From NCBI GenBank assembly GCA_964646625.1, contig CAZYHC010000009.1, positions 48,958-112,957 on the forward strand: a stretch of DNA of 64,000 nt, in the 5' to 3' direction. Made by a program: the position numbers and the translations under genes. Source of the DNA: an uncultured Anaerolineales bacterium. Its GTDB lineage: Bacteria > Chloroflexota > Anaerolineae > CAZYHC01. How positions within the stretch are numbered: position 1 is the first letter of the stretch; the number at the start of each line of letters is the position of its first letter. Below the pieces are notes generated by a model that was not told where the DNA came from, searched no databases, and worked only from the letters and a program-made list of their open reading frames with translations. Positions 7,973 to 16,202 of the stretch are shown here, in pieces.

Positions 7973-8866
7973 ATGAAAATTGCCTGCTGCTGGTTGTATG
8001 CCATCACCAGGTACGGCTACCCGCCCAGCATTCCCGATACCTTCCGCGTTTTGGAGGAAATGGCGGCGCTCGGGTTCCAGTACGTCGAACTGGAGGGCGT
8101 GGGAGAGGCCAACACGCGGGCCATGGCCGAGGCCCGCCGCGAGCTTAAACAGCGCGGCGACGACCTGGGGCTGCGGGTGATCAACTTCTGCCCTATCCTG
8201 CCCGGGGCGGTCAGCCTCGACCCGGCCACCCGGCAGCAGGCCCTCGACCTCTTCAAGCTGAGCGTCGAGGTGGCAAACGACCTGGGCTGCGAGCTGGTCC
8301 AGATCGATAGCTTCACCCCGCCCCTGACCTTCATCGGCGAGACCCCGTACAAGGAGGCCATCCGCCACGGCCAGCAGTTCCGCGTGCAGGTCGATCCTGC
8401 CTTCCGCTGGGAGGAACAATGGGAAGCGTTGGTGGACAGCACCCGCCGCTGCGCGGCCATCGCCCGCCAGGCCAACCTGCGTCTATGCATGGAGCCCCGC
8501 GTCGGGGAGCTCATCAGCAACACCGACGCCATGTTGCGCCTGATGGACGCCGTGGATGACGACAATTTCTTCGCCGTATTGGACACCGGCCACCAACACG
8601 CCCAGAAGGAGATCCTGCCCCTGTCGGTGGAGAAGCTGGGCCGCCGCATCGTTTACCTTCACGTCTCCGACAACGACGGGCGGACCAACGAGCATCGGGA
8701 ACTGGGGCAGGGCACGGTGGACTGGGAGGGGGTGTTCACGGCGCTCAAGAAACACGCCTTCGATGGCTACGTGGGCGTAGATATCGGCAGGGTGGAGGAT
8801 TTGGACGGAGCCTATCGCCGCTCCAAAGCTTTTCTCGAAGACCTGTCCGCACGCCTCGGCCTCTGA
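7973..8866 (+). CDS. Sugar phosphate isomerase/epimerase (xylose-isomerase-like TIM barrel)
   Basis: FQYVELEG..., LCMEPRVGE, LDTGH, LHVSDNDG metal-ligand style motifs. Confidence 0.8.
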   Translation: MKIACCWLYAITRYGYPPSIPDTFRVLEEMAALGFQYVELEGVGEANTRAMAEARRELKQRGDDLGLRVINFCPILPGAVSLDPATRQQALDLFKLSVEVANDLGCELVQIDSFTPPLTFIGETPYKEAIRHGQQFRVQVDPAFRWEEQWEALVDSTRRCAAIARQANLRLCMEPRVGELISNTDAMLRLMDAVDDDNFFAVLDTGHQHAQKEILPLSVEKLGRRIVYLHVSDNDGRTNEHRELGQGTVDWEGVFTALKKHAFDGYVGVDIGRVEDLDGAYRRSKAFLEDLSARLGL

Positions 8867-8876
8867 CTTTGCAATT

Positions 8877-8900
8877 GCTCCAGCCCCCGTCCCGGGGGCG
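8877..8900. repeat. REP-like hairpin module, family B 5' module
   Basis: GCTCCAGCCCCCGTCCCGGGGGCG (7-bp stem, 3-nt loop) recurs at 28791 and 31226. Confidence 0.65.
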
Positions 8901-8940
8901 GTGATCGTAACCGCCGATAAACAAGGAGGCATTTTTCATC

Positions 8941-10011
8941 ATGGAACAAAAAGCATTAGAGAGAAAGACGGTAGCCATCCTGGTGGCGGACAATTTTCAC
9001 GTACTGGAAACTTTTTACCCCTATTTCCGCCTGAAGGAGGAAGGGGCGGGCGTCTTTTTCGTCGGCGGCCAGGCTGGCGCGGTTTATAGGGATTCCGGTG
9101 GGGAACCGCTAACCGCTAATCTTTCCGTCGAGGAAGCCCTTTCTGTAAAGTTTGACTTAATTCACTGCCCCGGAGGCTTTGCCCCGCTTGCCATGCGGGC
9201 CAATCAAGTCATGCTGGAACTGGCCCGCACTCATTTTAAGAGGGGCGGTCTTTTCACCACTATCTGTCATGGGGCCTCCTTCCTGGTTTCTATGGGCATC
9301 CTGAAGGGAAAGAAGGCCACCTGCTACAAAACTCTGATAGACGATGTGGTAAATGCCGGGGCGGAATATGTAGACGATGCTCCTGTCATCGATGGCAACC
9401 TCATTACCGGGCGGACTCCGGCAGACCTGCCCGTGTTTATGGAAGCGGTGGTAGCGGCCCTGAAAGGAGGACGACCATCCAACACCGAGCTGGCCGGTAA
9501 AAAAGCGGCCGTTTTGGTGGAAAGGCGCTATCAGGTTCACCAGGTCTGGTATTCTTATTTTCGGCTGAAATCTAAACGCGTGGACACCGTTTTTATTGGG
9601 CCTGACGAGGAAGAGACGATTTTCAGTCGGTATAGCAAATATTCCCTTACCCCGGATTTAACCATTTCCGCTGCCGCTTCCCACCTCTACGATGCGGTCG
9701 TCGTTACGGGAGACTGGGCCGCAGACAGGATGAGAATTGAACTCCCGTTCGTTAATTTCCTGAAAAATCATCATGATAAAGGCAAGATAGTGGCCTCCAT
9801 CGCCGAAGGCCACAGCGTTCTCATTTCCGCTGGCCTGTTATCGGGCCGAAAAGTGGCCTCTCTCCCGGAAATGCGTCTGGACGTGGAGAACGCCGGAGCC
9901 ACGTGGGTCGGCCCAGTCACCGCGGTGGACGGCAACGTGGTAACCGCAGGCGGTACTTTGACCCTTCCCCAATTCTTACCAGAGCTTATCACGAAGATAG
10001 AGAAGGGATAA
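8941..10011 (+). CDS. Tandem DJ-1/PfpI (class I glutamine amidotransferase-like) protein
   Basis: Domain 1 has the nucleophile elbow TICHGASFL. Domain 2 has the equivalent SIAEGHSVL, with Cys replaced by Glu. Confidence 0.8.
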   Translation: MEQKALERKTVAILVADNFHVLETFYPYFRLKEEGAGVFFVGGQAGAVYRDSGGEPLTANLSVEEALSVKFDLIHCPGGFAPLAMRANQVMLELARTHFKRGGLFTTICHGASFLVSMGILKGKKATCYKTLIDDVVNAGAEYVDDAPVIDGNLITGRTPADLPVFMEAVVAALKGGRPSNTELAGKKAAVLVERRYQVHQVWYSYFRLKSKRVDTVFIGPDEEETIFSRYSKYSLTPDLTISAAASHLYDAVVVTGDWAADRMRIELPFVNFLKNHHDKGKIVASIAEGHSVLISAGLLSGRKVASLPEMRLDVENAGATWVGPVTAVDGNVVTAGGTLTLPQFLPELITKIEKG

Positions 10012-10037
10012 TTATTGACTCGTACAAAGGATTGTCT

Positions 10038-11372
10038 ATGACCCCGCATGAAAGTTTCAGATTCAAGAACCTGGCGGAACTGGAGGCCAGGATCGCCTCC
10101 CTGGGCCTCGATATCCGGCTGGACGCCGACCTGGAGCCGTTGGGACGCCGGGTTAAAATCGAGGCGCGGGAGACGCCCAACTCGCTGGCCGTGCACCCCC
10201 TGGAGGGCTGTGACGGCACGCCCGACGGCCGGCCAGGCGAGCTCACTTTTCGCCGTTACCAACGCTTCGCCCAGGGCGGGGCGGGCCTCATCTGGTTTGA
10301 AGCGACGGCCGTCGGGCCTGAGGGAAGGGCCAACCCTCGCCAGCTTTTGCTCAACCAGGAGAATCTTTCCGCCTTTGAGGAACTGTTGCGCAGGGTGGAG
10401 CAGGCGGCGGCCGCTTACGGTTCGGCCCATCGGCCCGTGACCGTGCTCCAGTTGACCCACTCCGGGCGCTACAGCAAACCCGTGCCGGCCATCGCCACCC
10501 ACGAAGAGGCGCTCGATGCAAAGTTGGGCCTGCCCCCGGACTATCCGCTCATCTCTGACGAAGAGCTGGAGGCGTTGGAGGATCGTTTCGTCGAGGCGGC
10601 GAAACTGGCGCACCAGGTTGGTTTCCAGGCCGTGGACGTCAAGGCCTGCCATCGCTACCTGGCCTCTGAGCTGCTGGCCGCTCGCACCCGGCCGGGCAGG
10701 TACGGCGGCAGCTTTGAGAACCGCACCCGATTCCTGCTCAACGTCGTGGAGAAGATACGGGAGCAGGCAGGTGATGACCTGACGTTGGCCGTCCGCCTGA
10801 ACGCCTACGATGGCCTCCCCTATCCCCATGGCTGGGGCGGGGGCCAGGAGGGCGCGGCCCAGGAAGACCTGGCCGAACCCATTCGGCTGGTGCGGCTGCT
10901 GTACGATAAGGGCGTGCGAGTGGTCAGCATCTCGGCCGGCGTCCCCTCCTACAATCCGCACGTAAGCAGGCCCTTTGACACCCCAGTTCAAGGGGGAGCG
11001 CTCCCCGACGAGCATCCCCTCCAGGGAGTGGCCCGCCTGTTTCGCCTCACGCGCCAGATCCAGCAGGCGGTGCCGGAGATGGTCGTCGCGGGTGCGGGCT
11101 ACAGTTGGCTGCGGCAGTTTTTGGGATACGCGGCGGCGGCCAATATCCGCAACGGATGGGCGACCATCGTGGGGGTGGGGCGCGAAGCCCTGGCCTACCC
11201 GGACTTTGCCCGCCACCTGCTGACCCAGGGCAGGCTGGACCCCAAGAGGACCTGTATCACTTGCAGCCGGTGCACTCAGATCATGCGCGACGGCGGCCCG
11301 GCCGGGTGCGTGGTCTTCGACCCGGAGGTCTATCGCCCTATCTATGAGAGGTTAAGGGCGGAAAGGGGGTAA
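10038..11372 (+). CDS. Old-yellow-enzyme family NADH:flavin oxidoreductase with C-terminal 4Fe-4S motif
   Basis: LTHSGRY and VDVKACHRYLASELL motifs, then CITCSRCTQIMRDGGPAGC (CxxCxxCx11C). ATG 10038 was chosen because the upstream ORF extension overlaps the DJ-1 gene. Confidence 0.8.
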   Translation: MTPHESFRFKNLAELEARIASLGLDIRLDADLEPLGRRVKIEARETPNSLAVHPLEGCDGTPDGRPGELTFRRYQRFAQGGAGLIWFEATAVGPEGRANPRQLLLNQENLSAFEELLRRVEQAAAAYGSAHRPVTVLQLTHSGRYSKPVPAIATHEEALDAKLGLPPDYPLISDEELEALEDRFVEAAKLAHQVGFQAVDVKACHRYLASELLAARTRPGRYGGSFENRTRFLLNVVEKIREQAGDDLTLAVRLNAYDGLPYPHGWGGGQEGAAQEDLAEPIRLVRLLYDKGVRVVSISAGVPSYNPHVSRPFDTPVQGGALPDEHPLQGVARLFRLTRQIQQAVPEMVVAGAGYSWLRQFLGYAAAANIRNGWATIVGVGREALAYPDFARHLLTQGRLDPKRTCITCSRCTQIMRDGGPAGCVVFDPEVYRPIYERLRAERG

Positions 11373-11373
11373 C

Positions 11374-11922
11374 GTGGTCAACTCTGCACTATCACCCGGC
11401 CTGCGCTATCACCCGGCGGTACAGAAGGCTCGCGCCCTGTCCCACACTCCTGACGACCCCGTAGGACCGCCCTCCCTCTTCCGGCTGCACCTGGCCCACC
11501 CGGACATGGATATCGAAGCCCTGCTCTTCCAGGCGCTGGACGCCGTGCTGTGGGTGAGCGGGCAGCGGGTGGCCCGCCTGCGGTGGCAAGGAGCCGAAGA
11601 CGACGCCCAGGGCTTGCTGGCCCTGGACGAGGGGTGTTTGTGCACCCTCGACCTGCGAGCCGGGCAGCCCGCAGCCCTGGCCTTTGAGCTGCACGGCCGG
11701 CGGGGGCTGCTGCAATACGACGATACCGCCAATCCGAGCATCTGGCTTCAACCGCGGGCCGAGCCTGCCCGCCACCTGCTGGCCTGGCCGGAGCAGTGCC
11801 AGCCCAGACCCGAAGAGGCAGAAGCCTTCCCCTCGCAGGCCGAGGTGGCGAGGATGTGGCGGGCGGCCCTGGATAGCCTGGCCAGTGGGGAAGCCTGGCA
11901 GGCCGCGGAGGTGGCCGTATGA
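11374..11922 (+). CDS. Stand-alone Gfo/Idh/MocA C-terminal-domain-like protein
   Basis: No Rossmann motif. The central region resembles the alpha/beta dimerisation domain. GTG start 1 nt after the previous stop, and ATGA overlap with the next gene. Confidence 0.45.
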   Translation: MVNSALSPGLRYHPAVQKARALSHTPDDPVGPPSLFRLHLAHPDMDIEALLFQALDAVLWVSGQRVARLRWQGAEDDAQGLLALDEGCLCTLDLRAGQPAALAFELHGRRGLLQYDDTANPSIWLQPRAEPARHLLAWPEQCQPRPEEAEAFPSQAEVARMWRAALDSLASGEAWQAAEVAV

Positions 11923-12959
11923 AACCGATTGGCGTGGGACTCATAGGCTTCGCCAACCCCCACCAGAAGGTCTGGTTGGAGCACTTCCATCGCCACCCCA
12001 GACTCGAAGTGGTGGCGGTCTCCGACCATTCCCCCTTTGGCACCTACGGCGGCGAAGAGCACGCCCGGCGGCTGGGGGTGGACTACCACCAGGACTACCG
12101 CAACCTGCTGGCGCGCCGCGACGTTGACCTGGTCTCCATCTGCTCCGAGACGGTTCTCCACGCCGAGCAGACGGTCGCCGCCTGCCAGGCCGGGAAACAC
12201 GTCTTCTACGATAAGCCCTTCGCCGATACGTTGGAGAAGGGGCGCACCATCGTGGAGGCGGTGGAGTCGGCGGGAGTCAAGTTTTTCATGGGCTTTCACC
12301 TCCGCCTCGACCCGGTTTTCAAGCGCGTGCGCCAGGTGCTAAGCGGCGGGAGGCTGGGCCCCATCCGCCACCTCGACCTGGTCGGGGAGTGGGGACGGTC
12401 GGCCACCATCCACACGCCCTGGATGCATAACCCGGAGGCGGCGGCTGGCGGGGCGCTGATCAACTTCGGGGTGCACGGGCTGGACCTGATCCGCTATTGG
12501 ACTGGCGAAGAGGTCGCCGAGGTCTACGCCGAGTTGGGCTATAACACCTACCCGCAGTACCTCGTGGAGGACGCCGCCGTGGTGCAGATGCGGCTGCGCG
12601 CCGGAGCCACCGTGACCCTGGTGGCCGGGTGGGGCAAGCCGTTGGAGCGACATACCCACGCCTACGACGCACGCCTTGAGGTGCGCGGCCAGCACGGAAC
12701 GCTGCGCGCCGACTTTAGTTCGGCCCAACACCTGGAGGTGTGCAGCGAGACCGCGCCCTACGACCGCACCACCTGGATCACGGTCGGGGGCTACCAGGAC
12801 ATCCGCGCCGAGGTGGTGGACATGCTCGCAGCCTACCTGGACGGCGAGGGCCAACCGCTGGCCTCGCTGGAGGATGGCTACCGCAATACCGAGTTAGTGG
12901 AAGCGGCCTATCGAGCCGCCCGCCAGCATCGACCAGTGACGCTTCCGCTGGCTGATTAA
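11919..12959 (+). CDS. Gfo/Idh/MocA family oxidoreductase
   Basis: IGVGLIGFANPH Rossmann start and the KHVFYDKP motif. Confidence 0.85.
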   Translation: MKPIGVGLIGFANPHQKVWLEHFHRHPRLEVVAVSDHSPFGTYGGEEHARRLGVDYHQDYRNLLARRDVDLVSICSETVLHAEQTVAACQAGKHVFYDKPFADTLEKGRTIVEAVESAGVKFFMGFHLRLDPVFKRVRQVLSGGRLGPIRHLDLVGEWGRSATIHTPWMHNPEAAAGGALINFGVHGLDLIRYWTGEEVAEVYAELGYNTYPQYLVEDAAVVQMRLRAGATVTLVAGWGKPLERHTHAYDARLEVRGQHGTLRADFSSAQHLEVCSETAPYDRTTWITVGGYQDIRAEVVDMLAAYLDGEGQPLASLEDGYRNTELVEAAYRAARQHRPVTLPLAD

Positions 12960-12974
12960 TCTATGGAGGGCTAG

Positions 12975-14063
12975 GTGAAAGCTCACGTCATTCTGCTGGA
13001 GGAGTTCAACCGGCCGCTGGCTATGCGGGAGGTGGACGTGCCCCCCTTGGAGCCGGGGCAGGTGTTGGTGCAGGTCGAGGCGGCGGGGGTGTGCGGCTCT
13101 GACGTGCACATGTGGCGCGGCAAGGACCCGCGCACGCCGCGGCCCATCATCCTGGGCCACGAGGGCGTGGGGCGCGTGGTCGAGGTGGCGGGGGAGAAGC
13201 GCGACGTGGATGGCATCCCGCTGCGTCCCGGCGAACGGGTGTTGTGGAACCGGGGGGTGACGTGCGGGGCGTGCTACTACTGCACGGTAGCCAGGGCACC
13301 TTCCCTCTGCACGGACCGCTGGGTGTACGGCATCTACCGCTCGGTTCACGAGCCGACCTTCCTCAACGGCTGCTATGCCACGCACGTCATCCTCGAGGCG
13401 CGGACGGACGTTTTCCACGCCGACGAGAGCCTGGACCCCGCCGTGCTGGTGCCGGCCTCCTGCTCCGGGGCGACCGTGGCCCACGCCTTCGAGCTGACGC
13501 CGGTGGCGGTGGGCGATACGGTGCTCGTCTACGGCCCCGGCCCGGTGGGGGCCTTCGCCGTGGCCTTCGCCCGGGCCGGCGGGGCGCGCCACGTGGTGGT
13601 GGTAGGGGGCACGCCCGAGCGCCTGGCGCGGTGCGAGCGGCTGGGGGCCACCCTGGTCCTCAATCGCCACCAGACCGATGCGGAGGCCCGCCGCGAAGCC
13701 GTGCTCGACCTGACCCACGGGCGCGGCGCAGACCTGGTGGTGGAGGCTTCGGGCAGTGTGGCGGCCATGAGGGAGGGGTTGGACTGCGTCCGCCACGGGG
13801 GAGGGCTGTCGCTGGTCGGCTTCGGCGCGCCGGTGGGCGACGTGACCTTCCCGCCCTTTGAAAAGATCGTGCGCCAGAACCTGCACCTGCAAGGGGTGTG
13901 GGTCAGCGATACACGCCACACCCGGCAGGCCGTGGCCCTCGTCGAGTCGCAGCCGGAGGCATTTGCCGCCCTGGTCACTCACCGCTTCCCGCTGGCCGAG
14001 GCCACCACCGCCCTGGAGACCGTGGCCCGCCGCGAGGCGATGAAGGCCGTGCTGGTGCCGTGA
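12975..14063 (+). CDS. Zinc-dependent MDR alcohol/polyol dehydrogenase
   Basis: GVCGSDVHMWRG, GHEGVG, CGACYYC structural-zinc loop, VYGPGPVG nucleotide motif. Confidence 0.85.
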   Translation: MKAHVILLEEFNRPLAMREVDVPPLEPGQVLVQVEAAGVCGSDVHMWRGKDPRTPRPIILGHEGVGRVVEVAGEKRDVDGIPLRPGERVLWNRGVTCGACYYCTVARAPSLCTDRWVYGIYRSVHEPTFLNGCYATHVILEARTDVFHADESLDPAVLVPASCSGATVAHAFELTPVAVGDTVLVYGPGPVGAFAVAFARAGGARHVVVVGGTPERLARCERLGATLVLNRHQTDAEARREAVLDLTHGRGADLVVEASGSVAAMREGLDCVRHGGGLSLVGFGAPVGDVTFPPFEKIVRQNLHLQGVWVSDTRHTRQAVALVESQPEAFAALVTHRFPLAEATTALETVARREAMKAVLVP

Positions 14064-14073
14064 TTGGAGGCTG

Positions 14074-14124
14074 TAAAGAGGTTTTTTCCCTCTGTGAACT
14101 ATGTGTTCTCTGTGGCTAAGAAAT
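14074..14124. repeat. REP-like element, family A (half copy, inverted relative to 1746)
   Basis: See 1746-1823. It sits inside the operon between the ADH and FAD genes. Confidence 0.7.
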
Positions 14125-14142
14125 GGCGAGGAGGCTTGATAC

Positions 14143-15954
14143 ATGGGCCAGGAGTGCGACGTACTGATCATCGGCGGGGGGGGAGCAGCCCTGCGGGCGG
14201 CCATCGCCGCTCACGAAGCGGCCCCCGACCGGCTGGTGGTGCTGGTCACCAAAGGGCAGTTGGGCCACAGCGGGGTGACGGCCACCGCCTGTTCCGACCG
14301 CATGGCCTTCCACGCCACCCTGCCCACCACCGAGCCGGGTGGCCCCGAAGCCTGGCGCTACCACGCCGCAGACATCTATCGCATCGGTGGGTGCGTCTCC
14401 GACGCCGACCTGGCCGAGGTGCTGGCCCGCCACGCTGCCGAAGCCTTCGACTACCTCGACCGCTTGGGCGTGCCCTTCGTCCGCTGCCCTGACGGCACGG
14501 TAGACCAGTTCGTCACCGACGGCTCGAAATACGCCCGCGCCTGCTACACCGGCCCCTACACCGCCAACCACATCCACGCCGCGCTGCTGGGCCGCTTCCG
14601 CGAGCTGGGGCTGGAAGCCTGGGAGCAGACCATGGTCGCCGAGTTGCTGCCCTCGGTTGGTGGGCGGCGGATCGGCGGGGCGCTCCTGGTTGACGAACGC
14701 AGCGGCGAGTACACGGTGGTGCGGGCCGGGGCGGTGGTGCTGGCTACCGGCGGCGCGGGGGCGGCTTTCGCCGTCAACGTTTTCCCCGACGACTGCACCG
14801 GCGACGGCTACGCCCTGGCCTATCGCGCCGGCGCGCAGTTGGTCAACCTGGAGTTCATCCAGATCGGCCTCTCCTCGGTCAAGACCAGGCTGGCCTGCTC
14901 GGGCAGCATGATGAGGGCCCTGCCGCGCCTGGTCAACGATCACAGCCAGGAGTTCCTAACGCGCTATTTCGCCCCCGACACGCCGCTGGCTCAGGTCTAC
15001 GACGTTCTCTTCGCCAAGGGCGCAAGCTGGCCGGTGTCGCTGGAGGAGCCGTCGCACCGCATCGACATTGCCGTGGCACGCGAGCGGGCTGCCGGGCGGC
15101 GCGTCTTTCTCGACTTCAGCCGCAACCCGGCTGGCCTTGACTGGGGGGCGCTGGACCCGGCCATCCTCCGCTGGTATCGGGAGGGCAAGGGGGTGAACCT
15201 CGACGACCCGGCCCCGCGCCAAAGCCCACTGCACCGCCTGGAAGCCATCAACCCCCAGTCGGTAGCCTGGCTGCGGGAACGGGGCGTTGACCTGCGGGCC
15301 GGAGAAGGGCTGGAGATCGCCCCGGCCATCCAGCACTTTCAGGGCGGGGTGAAGGTCCGCCTCCACGGAGAGACGACGCGGCCCGGACTCTACGCGGCAG
15401 GCGAGGTGGCCGGCGGGCAGCATGGGGCCAACCGCCCCGGCGGTAACGCCCTGCTCGACTGCCAGGTCTTGGGGCGGATCGCCGGAGAGTCGGCGGCGCG
15501 GACCGCCACCGCACGCGCCCCGCTGGATGAGGACGCGTGGGCGGCGGCTGTGTCCGGGCTGACCGCGCTGACGGAGGCAAGCGGGCTGCCGGCCGCCGAG
15601 GGGCGCGCCCGTGCTCAGCGCCTCGTCGCCGACGCAGCGGGAGTGGTGCGCACCGGGTCGGGCCTGCGGGCCGGGCTGGAGGCCTTGGCCGCCTTGCGCG
15701 CCGAGGGGCTGGCGGCCGACGAACACGGCCTGGCCTACGCCGTGGAGACCCGCCATATCCTCCACGTGGCGGAGCTGGTGATGAGAGCAGCGTTGTTGCG
15801 AGACGAGAGCCGGGGGCCGCACCTGCGCTTCGCCTCACCGGATGCCGCTGAGCCCATTCCCCGAGACGACGACCGCTGGCAACGCTACATCGTGATCCAA
15901 CGCGGCAGAGACGGGGCCGAGTTGCGCACTGAGGAACCGGTCCGCCCACGTTGA
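14143..15954 (+). CDS. FAD-binding oxidoreductase (fumarate reductase/L-aspartate oxidase flavoprotein family)
   Basis: DVLIIGGGGAALRAAIAA dinucleotide fold, and YAAGEVAGGQHGANRPGGNAL near the C-terminal part of the FAD domain. Confidence 0.8.
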   Translation: MGQECDVLIIGGGGAALRAAIAAHEAAPDRLVVLVTKGQLGHSGVTATACSDRMAFHATLPTTEPGGPEAWRYHAADIYRIGGCVSDADLAEVLARHAAEAFDYLDRLGVPFVRCPDGTVDQFVTDGSKYARACYTGPYTANHIHAALLGRFRELGLEAWEQTMVAELLPSVGGRRIGGALLVDERSGEYTVVRAGAVVLATGGAGAAFAVNVFPDDCTGDGYALAYRAGAQLVNLEFIQIGLSSVKTRLACSGSMMRALPRLVNDHSQEFLTRYFAPDTPLAQVYDVLFAKGASWPVSLEEPSHRIDIAVARERAAGRRVFLDFSRNPAGLDWGALDPAILRWYREGKGVNLDDPAPRQSPLHRLEAINPQSVAWLRERGVDLRAGEGLEIAPAIQHFQGGVKVRLHGETTRPGLYAAGEVAGGQHGANRPGGNALLDCQVLGRIAGESAARTATARAPLDEDAWAAAVSGLTALTEASGLPAAEGRARAQRLVADAAGVVRTGSGLRAGLEALAALRAEGLAADEHGLAYAVETRHILHVAELVMRAALLRDESRGPHLRFASPDAAEPIPRDDDRWQRYIVIQRGRDGAELRTEEPVRPR

Positions 15955-15967
15955 TCTTCGTAATTAA

Positions 15968-16021
15968 GAACAGGTTGCCGCCCACCAGTTTCTCCACCTC
16001 GACCACGATCACCATTTTGTT
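15968..16021 (-). pseudogene. Fragment homologous to the 3' end of kdgK
   Basis: The minus strand reads NKMVIVVEVEKLVGGN, against the KdgK C-terminus NMVTVAEVEKLMGGD. Hand alignment gives 42/51 nt identity to 30989-31039. An in-frame stop lies just upstream. Confidence 0.6.
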
Positions 16022-16060
16022 TTCTTCTTCTCAATTGTACACGCAGTCTCGTCTTTTTCA

Positions 16061-16091
16061 TAATTTCCCCAGGGAAAAACACACTACCCCC
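16061..16091 (+). promoter_or_regulatory. Conserved 31-nt upstream element, copy 2
   Basis: TAATTTCCCCAGGGAAAAACACACTACCCCC, 28/31 nt identical to 1998-2028. It abuts the -35 box. Confidence 0.6.
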
Positions 16092-16092
16092 G

Positions 16093-16121
16093 TTGACAAG
16101 ACGCGGGTTGTGTGTTATAAT
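16093..16121 (+). promoter_or_regulatory. Sigma-70 consensus promoter of the IclR gene
   Basis: TTGACA (16093-16098), a 17-nt spacer, then TATAAT (16116-16121). AGAAT-N3-ATTCT at 16124-16136 is a candidate operator. Confidence 0.65.
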
Positions 16122-16202
16122 TCAGAATGATATTCTATACTTTAGAAAAACCTCCAAACGGTTGAGGGATGGATTTCTGACCAGCAGGACAGGAGTAAGG
16201 CA

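Noticed and set aside
9903-10037. Upstream extensions of ORF-track starts: 9903 for the OYE gene, 28919 for the AKR, 29901 for kdgK, 35260 for the methyltransferase, 23428 for the permease, 41058 for the zinc-ribbon gene, 50139 for the PD40 gene and 47566 for the TPR gene.
   Set aside because: The extensions overlap the preceding gene or a promoter and lack family-typical N-termini. Internal starts have good RBS spacing or stop/start coupling.
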